Below are positions 1 to 12,158 of a stretch of 15,977 bases of DNA, in pieces. The notes beneath the pieces were generated by a model that was not told where the DNA came from, did no database searches, and was given only the letters and a program-made list of their open reading frames with translations. Position 1 is the first letter of the stretch; each line of letters begins with the position of its first letter. The translations under genes were made by a program, and so were the position numbers. The stretch is from Octopus sinensis (Eukaryota): contig NW_021825284.1 of assembly GCF_006345805.1 (NCBI RefSeq), forward strand, positions 1 through 15,977. The letters run 5' to 3'.

Positions 1-759
1 GAAAATGGAAAAAAACAGAAAAAAAAACATTAACCATACCGGAAACTGAAAACTGAAAGCAAAAATGTAAACAAACATATTCAAACAACAACAGTAGCAA
101 CAACAGCCACATCAACAGCGGTGATAATATTATTAACATCGTCGACAACTACTTCAGTGGCTCTAAAACGTGATAAAATGAAAAAAAGCTTTATAAAATT
201 GGTGATGAGAAGTTGAAGAAAATCTCCTAAATAAAATAATAAAGAAATGAATAAATAATAAATAAATGAAGAAATAAATGGAAAATGAATAAATAAAATA
301 CAGAAAGAAAGAAAATATGATAAATAGTTAAGCAAGAAAAGAAAAAAAAGAAACATAGAAAACAAAAACATGGCTACTGTTGAAACAAGCGAGAAATGAG
401 AGAAAACAAAATGGAGGCTACAAGTGATCGTACATTCAACACGGTCTCGTAAAATGAATGGCGTTTCAACATCAATTCGAACAGATAGTTTGCAGGGGTT
501 GATATATATTTTTTTCTTCTGATTTACATGCCATAATTCCAACTGCAATGGCTAATTTTAGATGGGGAGGTGTGTGCGGTGAGAAGGAAGAGAGTGAGTC
601 GCAGGGTGGTGGTGGTGGATTGGTTGAGTAGGGCAGACGAGGAAGGAGCTGTTTTCTTTTTTTCTTTTTTATTTTTGCTTGCTCTCTTTCTTTTCATTCT
701 TTCTATTTTCTCTCACTTTATTATTTTTTTTTGAGTGACTTGTGGCTAGAAAATATAAC

Positions 760-801
<42 letters not shown>

Positions 802-1288
802 AACACACACACACAAACACACATACATGCACACACAAGAAAGAAAACATGATGTAAATGATAAAATAATAATTAAATAATAAAATTGTAATGCAAATAA
901 TAAAAATAATAATAACGATAATACTTATAATAAAATAATAAAATTTCGTTAAGATTAAATATATAAAAATGAATAACAAATACATATAAAAATAATCTTT
1001 GAAAACAAGTCAGTTCCGTTGAATAACTTTTTTTTATGTATGTATATGTATGTATGTGTGTGAATATATATATATGTGTGTGTATGTATTTATGTATGTA
1101 TGTATTATTTCTTCATGTTCCTGTATTTAACTTCATTATTCCTTTTCCTTTTTTCTCCCTCTATGCTGCGCCGTTACTCTCTAAATTTTTTCTTTCTCTA
1201 TTTTTCTCTTTCTTTGCTTCTTTTTCACTATTTTTACTATTTTCCTCTTTCGCTCTTTCTTTCTCTTTTATTCCTCCTTTATTTTTCA

Positions 1289-1350
<62 letters not shown>

Positions 1351-1600
1351 TTCGCTCTTTCTCTAATTTCCAAATCCACTCTCTTCCTTTTTTTCTCTGT
1401 ATCTCTCTATATCTTTGCCTTTGTATTCACACCACTCATTCACTGTTTCTTTCCTTCATTATTTTTCTTCTTCTTTCTTTCCTCCTTCCCCTCTCATTCT
1501 TTTCTCTCCTCCATCCGCTCTATTCCCCCCCCCTTCATTTCGCCTAATTCTAAAGCAATTTTTCTTTTTCTCTTTTTGTCAATGTCGGTTTCCGTCACCA
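1..1600. repeat. Low-complexity AT-rich, purine/pyrimidine-skewed region with (CA)n at about 762-836 and (CT)n at 1292-1346
   Basis: Direct reading: A-rich 1-400, CA run, TA/TG-rich 1036-1105, T/C-rich 1105-1580. Confidence 0.85.
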
Positions 1601-1818
1601 TAATTTATCCTGAACACCACGTGGAATGGCGGACTAAATGATTCCTTGTGGAGTTCAGTAACGTCACGATACGTTCTAAGTTCAAATCCCACTAGCTCGC
1701 ATAAAATAAAGTATCACTATCATATTATAATATGGCCGACAGTACCCTTCGAAAAATATCTAGCTTAATACTAAATGTACGATGGCTTTAGTCACTCCAA
1801 CGTGATTATTATTATTAT

Positions 1819-2033
1819 TGGCGAGCTGGCAGAAACGTTAGCACGCCGGGCAAAATGCTGAGCGGTATTTCGTCTGAGTTCAAATTCAGCCGAGGTCAAC
1901 TTTGCCTTTCATCCTTTCGGGGTCGATAAATTAAGTACCAGTTACACACTGGGGTCGATATAATCGACTTAATCCGTTTGTCTGTCCTTGTTTGTCCCCT
2001 ATGTATGTAGCCTCTTGTGGGCAGTAAAGAAAT
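1819..2033 (+). mobile_element. tRNA-derived SINE, family A (octopus-type), near full length
   Basis: Head ggcgagctggcagaaacgttagc, B-box-like gagttcaaattc, body gtcaactttgcctttcatcctttcggggtcgataaattaagtacc. The same body recurs more than 10 times in this window. Confidence 0.85.
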
Positions 2034-2158
2034 AGGTATTTCGTCTGCCGTTACGTTCTGAGTTCAAGTTCCGGCGTGGTCAACTTTACCTTTCATTCTA
2101 TCAGAGTTGATAAAATAAGTACCAGTTAAATATTGGGGTCGATGTAATCGACTCATCC
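2034..2158 (+). mobile_element. 5'-truncated family A SINE directly abutting the previous copy
   Basis: ggtatttcgtctgccgttacgttctgagttcaag...ataaaataagtaccag...ggggtcgatgtaatcgactc matches the body of the other copies. Confidence 0.8.
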
Positions 2159-2159
2159 G

Positions 2160-2560
2160 TCACAACCACCACCACCACCACCATCAGCCCCACCACCACC
2201 ATCACCCCCACCACACCACACCACCCCACCTCACCCCACCCCACCACCGCTACCATTATCACTATGATCGATTCTTCCATCATCAGTCTCACGACAAAAT
2301 CCACCACACGCCCACTTCACCTCTACCAACACTAAAACCCCCCATTACTACCACCCACCCTCACTACCATCAGCACTACCACTACCGTCACCAATAATAC
2401 TAGCGACACCGCCACCTTCACGACGAAATTTGCCTATGTCACCCCCATCAATACCACTATTAACACCCAGACCACCGACATCAACACAATCGTGACAACA
2501 TCCACTACCATCACCACCATCGATTCCAAAACTGCCGTCTTGTGGCAAAATTTGAAACCA

Positions 2561-2617
<57 letters not shown>
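2160..2617. repeat. Cryptic (CAC/CAT)-rich tract followed by (ATT)n at 2564-2617
   Basis: Direct reading. Confidence 0.85.
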
Positions 2618-2619
<2 letters not shown>

Positions 2620-2621
2620 TT

Positions 2622-2808
2622 TGCACAGCTGGCCGAATTGATAGCACGCCAGGCGAAATGCTTAGCAGCATTTCGTCCGACTTTACATTCTGAGTTCAAA
2701 TACCACCGAGGTCGACTTTGCTTTTCATCCTTTCGGGGGTCGATGAAATAAGTACCCATACCCCCAAATTTCAGGCCTTGTGCCTACTATAGTAGAAAGG
2801 ATTATTAT
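2622..2808 (+). mobile_element. Family A SINE with internal deletion
   Basis: gctggccgaattgatagcacgccaggcgaaatgcttagc...gagttcaaatacc...ggggtcgatgaaataagtacc joined to the 3' end ccaaatttcaggccttgtgcc. Confidence 0.8.
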
Positions 2809-2847
2809 TGTTGCCGCTGCTGCTGTTGTTGTTGGTGGTGGTTCTGG

Positions 2848-3300
2848 TTTCAAATCCTAATGTCGTTCACTTTACATTCATCTCTTCAAGGATTGATAAA
2901 AATGTACCAATCAAACATTGGGGACAATATAATCGATTAATCGACCTTATGCCTAAATTCAGAAGCAATTAAGGGCTGTAAGTTGGATGGGTCGTCAGTG
3001 TGCCAGACAAATCCTTTCGTTATTTAATTACATCCTTTTAGTTTTGGGTTCAAATTCCACCGGAGCCAGCTTTATCTTTTCGTCTTTCTGGGGTTGATCA
3101 AATAAAGCCCTAGTCGTATTCCGAGGAAGAGTTCAGGCTGTGAGTTTTTAACCAAAACATTTGGTCTTGTGCTAATGTACGAAATCAACCTTATTTTTGG
3201 CGTAGTGGAAGTTAGCGAGTTACAATTTCTTTGGTCTCTTTATGTTCATGTGGACAAAATACCGCCAAGCTTTAATTCTTTGAGCAAAATGCTCCTTGTT
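2848..3300 (+). mobile_element. Two or three highly decayed family A SINE remnants
   Basis: Degenerate motifs ttcaaatcc...gattgataaaaatgtacc and gggttcaaattccaccggag...ggggttgatcaaataaag. Confidence 0.5.
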
Positions 3301-3903
3301 GAAGTGAGTTTTATATTAGATAACACTTATAAATAAAAATAGCGTCTTGTAATTGCTTGCATTATTTTGGTTTGAAGTACTACCTGTATATATACGTTAG
3401 TTGCTGTTGTTTTCGTTGATGTTGATGTTGTTTTTGATATTGTTCCTCGAGGTATTCAAATACGATGTTAAAATATCTGTGTTTTCTTTTTGGTCGCAGC
3501 CTCCGTTAATATTTTACGATGCAGTTATAATTCTGTATTTTTTCCTTGGTTTCTTTCTTTTTTGTATGTGTATATGTGTTTGTGAAATCTGTTAAATTAG
3601 TTCATTATCAGTTTTCGGGTAATTTAAGGGGTGGGGGTGCGTGGAACATTTGAAACCACTTATATATTTTTGAGGATAACGTGACAAAAAAAAACTAAAC
3701 TTTGTCCAAAAATTACAAAATTTAAAATACAAAATCACTCTTTTCATTATAGGGGAACGCTCTAAGCTTTGGAAAGTTATTGCTTGGGCTAAATTTGATA
3801 TTTTAGGTCTCCTTTTTCAGAAACAGCTTGATGTATGGGTGATTGGTTAACGGCGCTGCCGAGTATAGAGATTAATGTGTTGGTTGAGAAAAAGTTAACT
3901 GAC

Positions 3904-4571
3904 ATGGAGGACTGGAATTCATCTGAATATTGTGAAAAACTTATCTGTAGCATGGTGATTCGCACCGGGTATCGAAATGCTGACATCATAACTGCTGCTC
4001 AATGCTCTGTTAACACTGTAAAGGATGTAAGACTTGACATGGACAGCCGCAACGGAGACTACGAAACCGAGGTCAACAGAAAGATGATGGTCTGTGGGTG
4101 TCTTCGGTGAAGGTGACGTCAAGCCGCCCCACACCTTTGAACAGGGCTCCAGGCTCAATTCAGACGATTACGTCAAGCTGCTAGAGACTGTAGTCAATCC
4201 CTGGGTGGAGAGGGTTGGTGCTGGAAGGCTATAAGTATAGCATCACGTTTTAGAGCCTTGCCATGCATCCGGAAAGAGTTAGATGTGGTTGTCGGAGAAT
4301 TTCTACGACTCCATCAACCCCAATTTCTGGCCTCTTAATTTCCCCGACTGTAATCTCATGGATTTACTATGTGTGGACACGGTTTAGAAAGACACGCAAC
4401 CACTCTGCCTGCAACACTAAGGCCGAGATGGTGACCAAGACCAAGCAGGTGTTCGAAAGTTTTTCCAAGGACATAGTGAAGAACGCACGCACAGGGTTCC
4501 AGAACCATTTTGAGGCCACGCTGGAAGCTGAAGGCAGCTACTTCGAGGAAACTGTTACCTCCCAGCTATAA
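3904..4571 (+). pseudogene. Tc1/mariner-superfamily transposase remnant, DD37D (maT-like) spacing, internally deleted, with stops and frameshifts
   Basis: N-terminal HTH-like segment MEDWNSSEY...NGDYETEVNRK (3904-4083) is joined to catalytic-domain sequence: GEGDVKPPHTFEQGSRLNSDDYVKLLETVVNPWVERVGAGRL*V*HHVLEPCHASGKS*MWLSENFYDSINPNFWPLNFPDCNLMD, then frameshift, then YYVW...ACNTKAEMV...LEAEGSYFE. The WQQDSAPCH motif is decayed to *HHVLEPCH. Exactly 37 codons separate that D position (4247-4249) from the final D of the SPDxNPxD-like motif (4361-4363). Confidence 0.88.
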
Positions 4572-4667
4572 ATCTAGTTAATATCTTTTGATTTTTAAAA
4601 ATACTTTTTTTTTATGGAATATTGTTTCCTTTTTCTTTTATGCAAACTGTCGGATTTACCCAGAAAA

Positions 4668-5049
4668 CTTTTCTTTTTTCTTTTTTCTTTGTTTCAGTCA
4701 TTTGATTGCGGCCATGCTGGAACACCGCCTTTAGTCGAACAAATCGACCCTAGGACTTAGTATTTCTAAGCCTAGTACTTATCCTATCGGTCTCGTCTGC
4801 CGAACAGCTAAGTTACGGGGACGTAAACACACCAACATCGGTTTCGAGCGATGTTGGGGAGACAAACACAGACACACAGACACCCCCCCACACACACACA
4901 TATACATATATATATGTACGACGGGATTCTTTCAGTTTCCGTCTACCAAATCCACTCACAAGGCCCGAGGCTATAGTAGAAGACACTTGCCCAAGGTGCC
5001 ACGCAATGGACTGAACGCAAGCTACTTACCATACGGCTAGTCCTGCGCC
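4668..5049 (-). mobile_element. tRNA-derived SINE, family B (ggcgcaggagtggc head, internal CA/TA microsatellite)
   Basis: Its reverse complement aligns along its length with the + strand copy at 13480-13950 (ccttgggcaagtgtcttctactatag, gacggaaactgaaaga, ccagcatggccgca, gactgaaaca). Confidence 0.88.
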
Positions 5050-5184
5050 TGTGCGAAATTTTAATAAAAATAACAGTAACAACAGCAACAATAAAGCAAG
5101 GCAAAACAAAACAAATAAAACAAGGACTATTTAATCTAATAAAACATTTTGTTTAAAAGAGGATCTTGTAAGCATCTTCGGAGA

Positions 5185-5760
5185 GCAGGAATAATAATCA
5201 TAATGATGATGATGATATGATGATCAGGAGGTTGACGGTATGAGGATAGAGGTGATGATGATGGTAATAATGGTGGTGTTGTGGTGGTGGTGGTGGCGGT
5301 GATGGCGATGATGAAGAGGAGGATGGTATAATGGTGGTATTGGTGGTGGTGATAATGATGGTAATGGTGGCAGTGGTGATGGTAGTGGTGGTAGTGGTGG
5401 TGATGACGATGAGGAAGAGGGTGGTATGAGGATAGAGGTGATGATGATGGTAATAATGGTGGTGTTGTGGTGGTGGTGGTGGCGGTGGTGGCGATGATGA
5501 AGAGGAGGATGGTATAATGGTGGTATTGGTGGTGGTGATGATGATGGTAATGGTGGCAGTGGTGATGGAAATGGTGGTGGTGGTGGTAGTGGTGGTGGTG
5601 GTGATGGTGGTGGTGATGATGGTGGTGGTGTTGGTGTCGTAGTAAAGAAAAGGAAGAGGATGGTATGATGATGGTGGTGGTGATGAAGTGGAGGATGATT
5701 TGATGGTGTTGGTGGTGGTGATGCTGCTGTTGCTGCTGATGGTGATGATGGTGATGATTT
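5185..5760. repeat. (GGT/GAT)-rich tract containing a 186-bp-period tandem duplication (5237-5382 and 5423-5568)
   Basis: 146-bp segments match at 144/146 with no indel (manual alignment). Confidence 0.85.
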
Positions 5761-5895
5761 CTTTTATAGGCCATACGGGCGACTGGTGAGGGGAACAAAG
5801 TAGTGACGGACAGAAAAGTGCGGGGAAATTACTTAGAATGAAAGGCGTTTTAAAAAAATGTGCGGCAAGTGCACACGGTATGCATTATAGTAAAG

Positions 5896-6051
<156 letters not shown>

Positions 6052-6364
6052 AACAAAGCAGTGGTGGTCGTTCCCTAACGATGTAATCAACTTTATCGCA
6101 CCCACTCCCGCTCTGTCCCTTGCACCACCAATGGTGGGCGTATATCTTAACTTGGGCAATCACTATTGTCTCTGTCTCTAACGTGACACACTAAATCTCG
6201 TTATGACACTTGTCCCTGTCATGTGTATCAGATACGCTTCATTGTCCCACGTAGTTGTCAAGTGTGACACAGCTCAGTGACAATTTTATTGCCTTTGGTT
6301 CCGCTTCCTGCCTCCAAGCTTTCTTCATACACACCTCAACCACTCCCGGGTCTTATCTTCTCTC

Positions 6365-6365
<1 letters not shown>

Positions 6366-6421
<56 letters not shown>

Positions 6422-6678
6422 ATTCTATCCATCTCTCTCTAATTCTCTCTGAGCTTTTCCCTCTCATTCCTCCCCTTCTCTCCTTCCTCTCTCTGATTTT
6501 ACAGTTTCTGTACTCTCTCCGTCTCACTTTTTCTCTCCCCGCCTCCATATTTCTCTTGCCATTTCACTTTCTATTTCTCCGATTCTTGCACTATCTTTCT
6601 CTTTTCCACACACCATCTCACTTTCTTTCTCTTTGCCCCTCTCACCGTCTCTCATGCTCTCTCTCACCGTCTCTCATG

Positions 6679-6711
<33 letters not shown>

Positions 6712-6935
6712 CCTCACAGTCTTTTTCACTTAGATTTTGTACAATTTTTTTACTTTCCCACTTTTCATTCACACTCTCTGACTCCCCCTCTTCCCTCTTT
6801 CTTTCATTCTTTCATGTTTCTTCCTTTCTTTCTATCTATCTATCTATCTATCTTTCTATCTTTCTTTCTATTTTTCTTTCTTTCTTTCTTTCTTTCTTAT
6901 TTTCTGTCTCTCCCTCTCGCTCGCTTTCTCTTATT
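6366..6935. repeat. (CT)n and polypyrimidine tract with a 22-bp tandem duplication (6639-6682) and (TCTA)/(TTTC) repeats
   Basis: Direct reading; ctctcaccgtctctcatgctct occurs twice. Confidence 0.85.
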
Positions 6936-7092
6936 CAATAGTAGATGGTGTAGTATCGATAGAAGTAACTGAAAAAATCAACAGCAAAACTATATACCAG
7001 TAATTGTGGCAGGGGACGTGAATTAATGCCCTTGAGGGTGGTTGCACGTGTGTATAGCATCAGCGCCAGTCCTAATATATGGTTTCGGGTTT

Positions 7093-7129
<37 letters not shown>

Positions 7130-7369
7130 GTCCGGTTTTCCGTCCTTGTTTTGTATACATTCGAGGCTTTCTTCAAAGGAATCTAATGCGCTTGGCTTAG
7201 ATTTTCCTTTGGGGCTGGCCAGATCGGAGCAATCTCAAGATTAATCAGCCGAAATTGCGAAGATGATCCGGTTCTTGACTGAAGATTGAAGGCTTCGAAT
7301 GTCCCGTCCGTGTTTTTTGTATCGTCTTCTAAATGTTTTACGTTCTTGTCCCAGTTTGTATTTTTTTAC

Positions 7370-7471
<102 letters not shown>

Positions 7472-7486
7472 TTATTTTATAGAAGG

Positions 7487-7537
7487 AGCTTCTACAGGAC
7501 TAGAACTGTTTCATTCAAAAGAAATCATCAGGAAGCT
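7487..7537 (-). ncRNA. Type I hammerhead ribozyme motif, identical mirror copy
   Basis: Exact reverse complement of 7568-7618. Confidence 0.8.
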
Positions 7538-7567
7538 AGTAACAAGAGTTGTTTTGGCATTTATACT

Positions 7568-7618
7568 AGCTTCCTGATGATTTCTTTTGAATGAAACAGT
7601 TCTAGTCCTGTAGAAGCT
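7568..7618 (+). ncRNA. Type I hammerhead ribozyme motif
   Basis: AGCUUC-CUGAUGA-UUUC(UUUU)GAAU-GAAA-CAG(UUCUAGUC)CUG-UA|GAAGCU. Stem I is 6 bp, stem III 4 bp, and the GUA triplet would cleave after 7612. Caveat: U.U instead of a canonical pair closes stem II. Confidence 0.8.
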
Positions 7619-7781
7619 CCTTCTATAAAATAAATTAATTTACTCTGCTATGTATTGAGTACCTTATTTACTGTGGTTAACCCGACTCAACCCGGGACCT
7701 ATATATATATATATATATATTATATTATATATATATATACATATGTATGTTATGTATATATATATAAGTGTGTGTGTGTGT

Positions 7782-7890
7782 GTTTACTTATTTAATTGAT
7801 TCCAAAAGGATGAAAAGCAAAGTCGACCTCAGCGGAATTTCAACTCAGAACGTAGCGGCAGACGAAATACCGCCAAACGACTGCCGCCAT
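7782..7890 (-). mobile_element. Family A SINE, deleted copy
   Basis: ggatgaaaagcaaagtcgacctcagcggaatttcaactcagaacgtagcggcagacgaaataccgcc is the reverse complement of the family body. Confidence 0.8.
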
Positions 7891-7899
7891 CTTTAATAA

Positions 7900-8097
7900 T
7901 AGTTTCAAATTTTGTCACAAGGGCAGCAATTTTAGGGGAAGGCAAGAGTCGATTACATCGGCCCCAATGTTAAACTGGAACTTATTTTATCGACCCCAAG
8001 TCGACCTCGGCGGAGATTGAACTCAGAACGTAAGGACGGACGAAATACCTCCAAACCTTTCGTCCGGCGTGCTTACGATTTTGCCAGTTCGTCGCCC
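7900..8097 (-). mobile_element. Family A SINE, near full length
   Basis: The reverse complement runs from ggcgacgaactggcaaaatcgtaagcacgccggacgaaag through to gctgcccttgtgacaaaatttgaaac. Confidence 0.82.
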
Positions 8098-8489
8098 ATA
8101 CCACCATCTTTAATAATAACAACACCATCACCATCGTTACGACTTGTTTACCACCACCACGCAGACGCCACCACATCCGCCGCCGACACAACCACTGCCT
8201 TGCACCCCCCCCCGCGCCTCCCTATAGCCTCCCCGCTGCCGCCTTCCTCTCACCGCCTCCTTCGCTACCTCTGTCATTGCGTAAAATGTCAATCAGCGAC
8301 GTTGTCAAAACTTAACGAGCGAGGCGCTGATGAAGACGAAACAAAACGAGTGTAATGATTTGGTGAACGAGAGAGGATCTGATGCGGGTGCCAGATAAAG
8401 GGGTGGAGGTGTGATAACGCAGGGTGGGGATGTCTGCTGGCAAGAGAAGTATGAAGAGGAGGTGTGTTGTCGCATAGATGAATGAGAGT

Positions 8490-8507
8490 ATGGGAGAGAG
8501 AGAGAGG

Positions 8508-8540
<33 letters not shown>

Positions 8541-8867
8541 TGTGCCTGGCGAAGTGGCTAATAGGAGACACAGATGGAGGGGGAAAGTGAGGTGAAAATA
8601 TCAAAAGAAAGCTAGAATGAAAGGGGATGGGGGTGGAGGTTTGGGTGAAGAAGGGAGGGGAGAGAGGAAAGAGATAGAAAGACAGAGAGACAGAGAGAGA
8701 CAGACGGGTGAGAGACAGAAAGAGAGCGATGGGGAGGGATGGAGTGAAGAGAAAGGGTGTGTATGGAAAAAGATACAGGCGGCGGTTTAGGATAAAGATA
8801 GAGAGATAGATAGAGAGATAGTTTCATATATACACCTATACACACACACATATATGTAGTATATGCA

Positions 8868-8916
<49 letters not shown>

Positions 8917-8928
8917 TATATATATATC

Positions 8929-8970
<42 letters not shown>

Positions 8971-8971
8971 A

Positions 8972-9068
<97 letters not shown>

Positions 9069-9569
9069 GTATGTGTGTGTGTGTGTGTATAATATATATT
9101 ACATACCAATATAGATCTAATTGATTGATAGATAGACAGACAGATAAATAGATAGATAGATAGATAGAAACAGATTATATCACATAACATTTTTAGACAG
9201 ATAAAGTGTTAGATTGTTTGATAAAATAAATATTGATTAAACGCACATAAATTGTATGTCATATGTGTGTGTGTGTGTGTGTGTGTAAAAATCCATTATC
9301 TGTGTGCATTTTCTCAATATATATATATATATATACATAGACATATATAAAAAGAGAGACAAGGAGCGAGAGGAGTTGCAATAAGCATGTGCTTATATTA
9401 TACATTTGTGTGTGTGTGTATATACATATATAAACACGTATATGTATATATTGTGAAAGAATTAAAAAGATGAAGTTAAGCATGAGACTGTGTCAATACG
9501 TGTGTATATACGCATACATCCATCCATTCATCCATAAATATATAATACATACATACATGTGCGTGTGTG

Positions 9570-9624
<55 letters not shown>

Positions 9625-9720
9625 GTATGTGTATGTGACTGTGCGCACGTGCGCGTATGTATGAGAGAGAAAGAGAGAAGGGGGAGAGAGATGTAGAGAG
9701 ATAGGGAGAGACGGAGATAT
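8490..9720. repeat. Microsatellite field: (GA)n, (TA)n, (TCTA)n, (TG)n, (GATA)n
   Basis: Direct reading. Confidence 0.9.
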
Positions 9721-9789
9721 GTGACTGTATAGGAAGTAAATTGGCTAAAAGCGGCCTGAAAGAAATTAATCTGAGTAATTAATAAAAAC

Positions 9790-10279
9790 AACACCCCACC
9801 CCCCGATCCACTCCACCATCACCATCTCCCCCTCCTCTTCCTCCTCCCCGACCTCCCCTCCCTTCAAAACCCTCCCCACCCCCCGCTAACCATCACCACC
9901 ACGGACCACGACGACCACAACCGCTCGCTACAAGCCCCGACCACCAACAGCATTTTATACTCACCACGACAACGACGATGACCACCACCACCACCACCAC
10001 CATCAGCGGCGTCCACACCTTTCTTACTAATACCACAACCGCCGACACCACCAATATAACTTCCAATGTCATCATCATCATCATCATCCACAGCAGCAAT
10101 TGCAGCATCATCGTCATCATCATCGCACGCAGTGCAGTGTTTTGTCGCCATCACCTCTCCTCTCTTGCACCACCCCACAATATACCCTCAACCACCACCA
10201 CCACTACCACGGCCACCACCACCGCGCCACCATTACTATCAGCAGAACCACTGCGCCAGTATCGCAAACACCACCAGCA

Positions 10280-10326
<47 letters not shown>

Positions 10327-10876
10327 ACTTCCTCCTCGTCCTCGTCGTTAGCATCATCATTGCCATCAGCATCCCCACCACCACCTCCACCACCACCATC
10401 ACCATCACCACCACCATTATCATCATCGCCATCACCACCGTTATCATCTTCATCAGTGTATCAACGAAGTCCGGTACAACACCAACAGCAAGAACAACCA
10501 CAGCAACAATCAGAAGAACAACAAAAAAGCAAATCACTACTTCGTGATGTATTAATAAATGACTTTAAAAACCGAAAAATCATCATCATCACCATTATCA
10601 TCATCATCGTCGTCGTCGTCATCATCATCATCATCATCATCATCATCGTCATCATCATCATCATCATCATCATCGTCGTCGACGTCATCATCATCATCAT
10701 CGTCGTCGTCGTCGTAACAGCGGCAATATTTCTTCTTCTTCTTCTTCTATCATTGAAATTGCTGCTGTTACTACTTCTACTACTACAACACCTTTTACTA
10801 CTACTACTACTACTCGTCTCCTTCCTTCCTCTTCTCCTTCCTCCTCCTCCTCTCCTTCTTCTTCTTCTTCTTCCTC
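9790..10876. repeat. Cryptic triplet-repeat field (CAC, CAT, CGT, CTT, CTA, CCT)
   Basis: Direct reading; this explains the homopolymeric ORFs in all frames. Confidence 0.9.
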
Positions 10877-11299
10877 TCGTTGGGTAATTAATTATATTGA
10901 AACACAATTTAGAATAAACTTCTGACAAAGAAACTTTAATTAACGAGTTTTAATTGCATTTACACAAATGGAATTTAATTCTTTCCTACAAGAATATTGT
11001 AGGCAGACTTTATTCATTTTCTCTAATAATTAATCGCCCAAGCTTAAAACTAATTAAAAGAATGGTATTTTTGTAAAACCCAAAAATACCAAAAATAACA
11101 CAAAAAACCCCAAAAAAACATTAATTTTTTTTTTCCTCATTTACATTGAAAAATGTGAATGCTACAGAAGCTAGGTTTAGATCTGTCTTCCTCTTGTTTC
11201 ACTATTTATGTCACGTGTAATACACGCATTTATAATATATAATATACGTAGGGGAGAATGGCGGCGGCGGCGGTTGTGACGGTATGGAAGGCGAATGCA

Positions 11300-11656
11300 G
11301 TCAGTGGTAGTGGAGGTGATGGTTAGAAGTGGTAGTGATTGGTGGTTGTAGTTGTAGTTGTAGTAGTCGTGGTGGTGGTGAAGGTATGTCGGTGGTGGTG
11401 GTGGAGTTGGTTGTGGTGGTGTTAGTTATAGTCGTGGTAGTGATTATAGTGGTGGTGGAGGTGGTAGTGGTGGTGGTGGTTGAGATGGTGATAATAATAT
11501 CAAAAATGATAATGGTGATGATGATGATGATGATGATGAGGAGGAGGAGGAGGAGGATGTAGACTGAAGGAGGATGGTGACGACGATGCCGTTGGTGACG
11601 ATATTGCTGACGCCGGCGATGATAACGACGAGAAAGATGATGACAATAAAGATGAC

Positions 11657-11687
<31 letters not shown>

Positions 11688-11745
11688 CAAATGATGACGA
11701 ATGATGCGAAGTGATGGCGGTGGTTGTGACGATGCTGATGGTGGG
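11300..11745. repeat. Cryptic triplet-repeat field (GTG, GAT, GAG, GAC)
   Basis: Direct reading. Confidence 0.9.
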
Positions 11746-11899
11746 GGTGGAGATGGGGAGGGGTCAGTGGACGGGGTCCACATCAGTACTTTACTGGTAC
11801 TTCCTTCTTTCTTTTATTGAAAGTCCCAGCAAGGAGCCGAATCAAATGCCACAAATCGTTTTGTCCGATTCCCTAAGTGACTCCATCACTCTCTCATAA

Positions 11900-12112
11900 T
11901 TTCTAGTAACGGCAAAAAGGAAGAAATTATAGCGGAAGTAGGTTAGTTGATTATATCGACCCCACAATCTTCATTGGTCATATGTTCTATTGACTCCGAA
12001 ATGGTGAAAAGCCCAATTGATCTTGGTGTCATTTGAACGCAGGACGCATATCGTCTCAACAAACAACGCAAGGCATTTTGTGTGACGCACTAAGGATCCC
12101 GCCATTCCACCG
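11900..12112 (-). mobile_element. Decayed family A SINE
   Basis: gttgattatatcgacccc...ttctattgactccgaaatggtgaaaag...atttgaacgcaggacg match the reverse complement of the family body. Confidence 0.6.
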
Positions 12113-12158
12113 AACTTCCGTCATACCAGTCGAGATCTTTATGCTTTCGACCCTTGAA

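Noticed and set aside
81-1641. Long hydrophobic ORFs (81-548 minus, 1036-1641 plus and others)
   Set aside because: They are translations of A-rich or CT-rich low-complexity DNA with no recognisable domain.
7279-7305. CTGAAGA...CGAATGTC as a complete hammerhead
   Set aside because: It has GAAU rather than GAAA, stem II would need a 1-nt loop, and no stem I pairing exists.
8327-8345. CTGATGA-AGAC-GAAAC hammerhead-like core
   Set aside because: Only 4 nt lie between the core halves, so no stem II is possible, and I found no stem I or III.
9864-11783. Ser/Thr/His/Met homopolymer ORFs up to 273 aa
   Set aside because: Same artefact: overlapping ORFs on both strands from cryptic triplet repeats.
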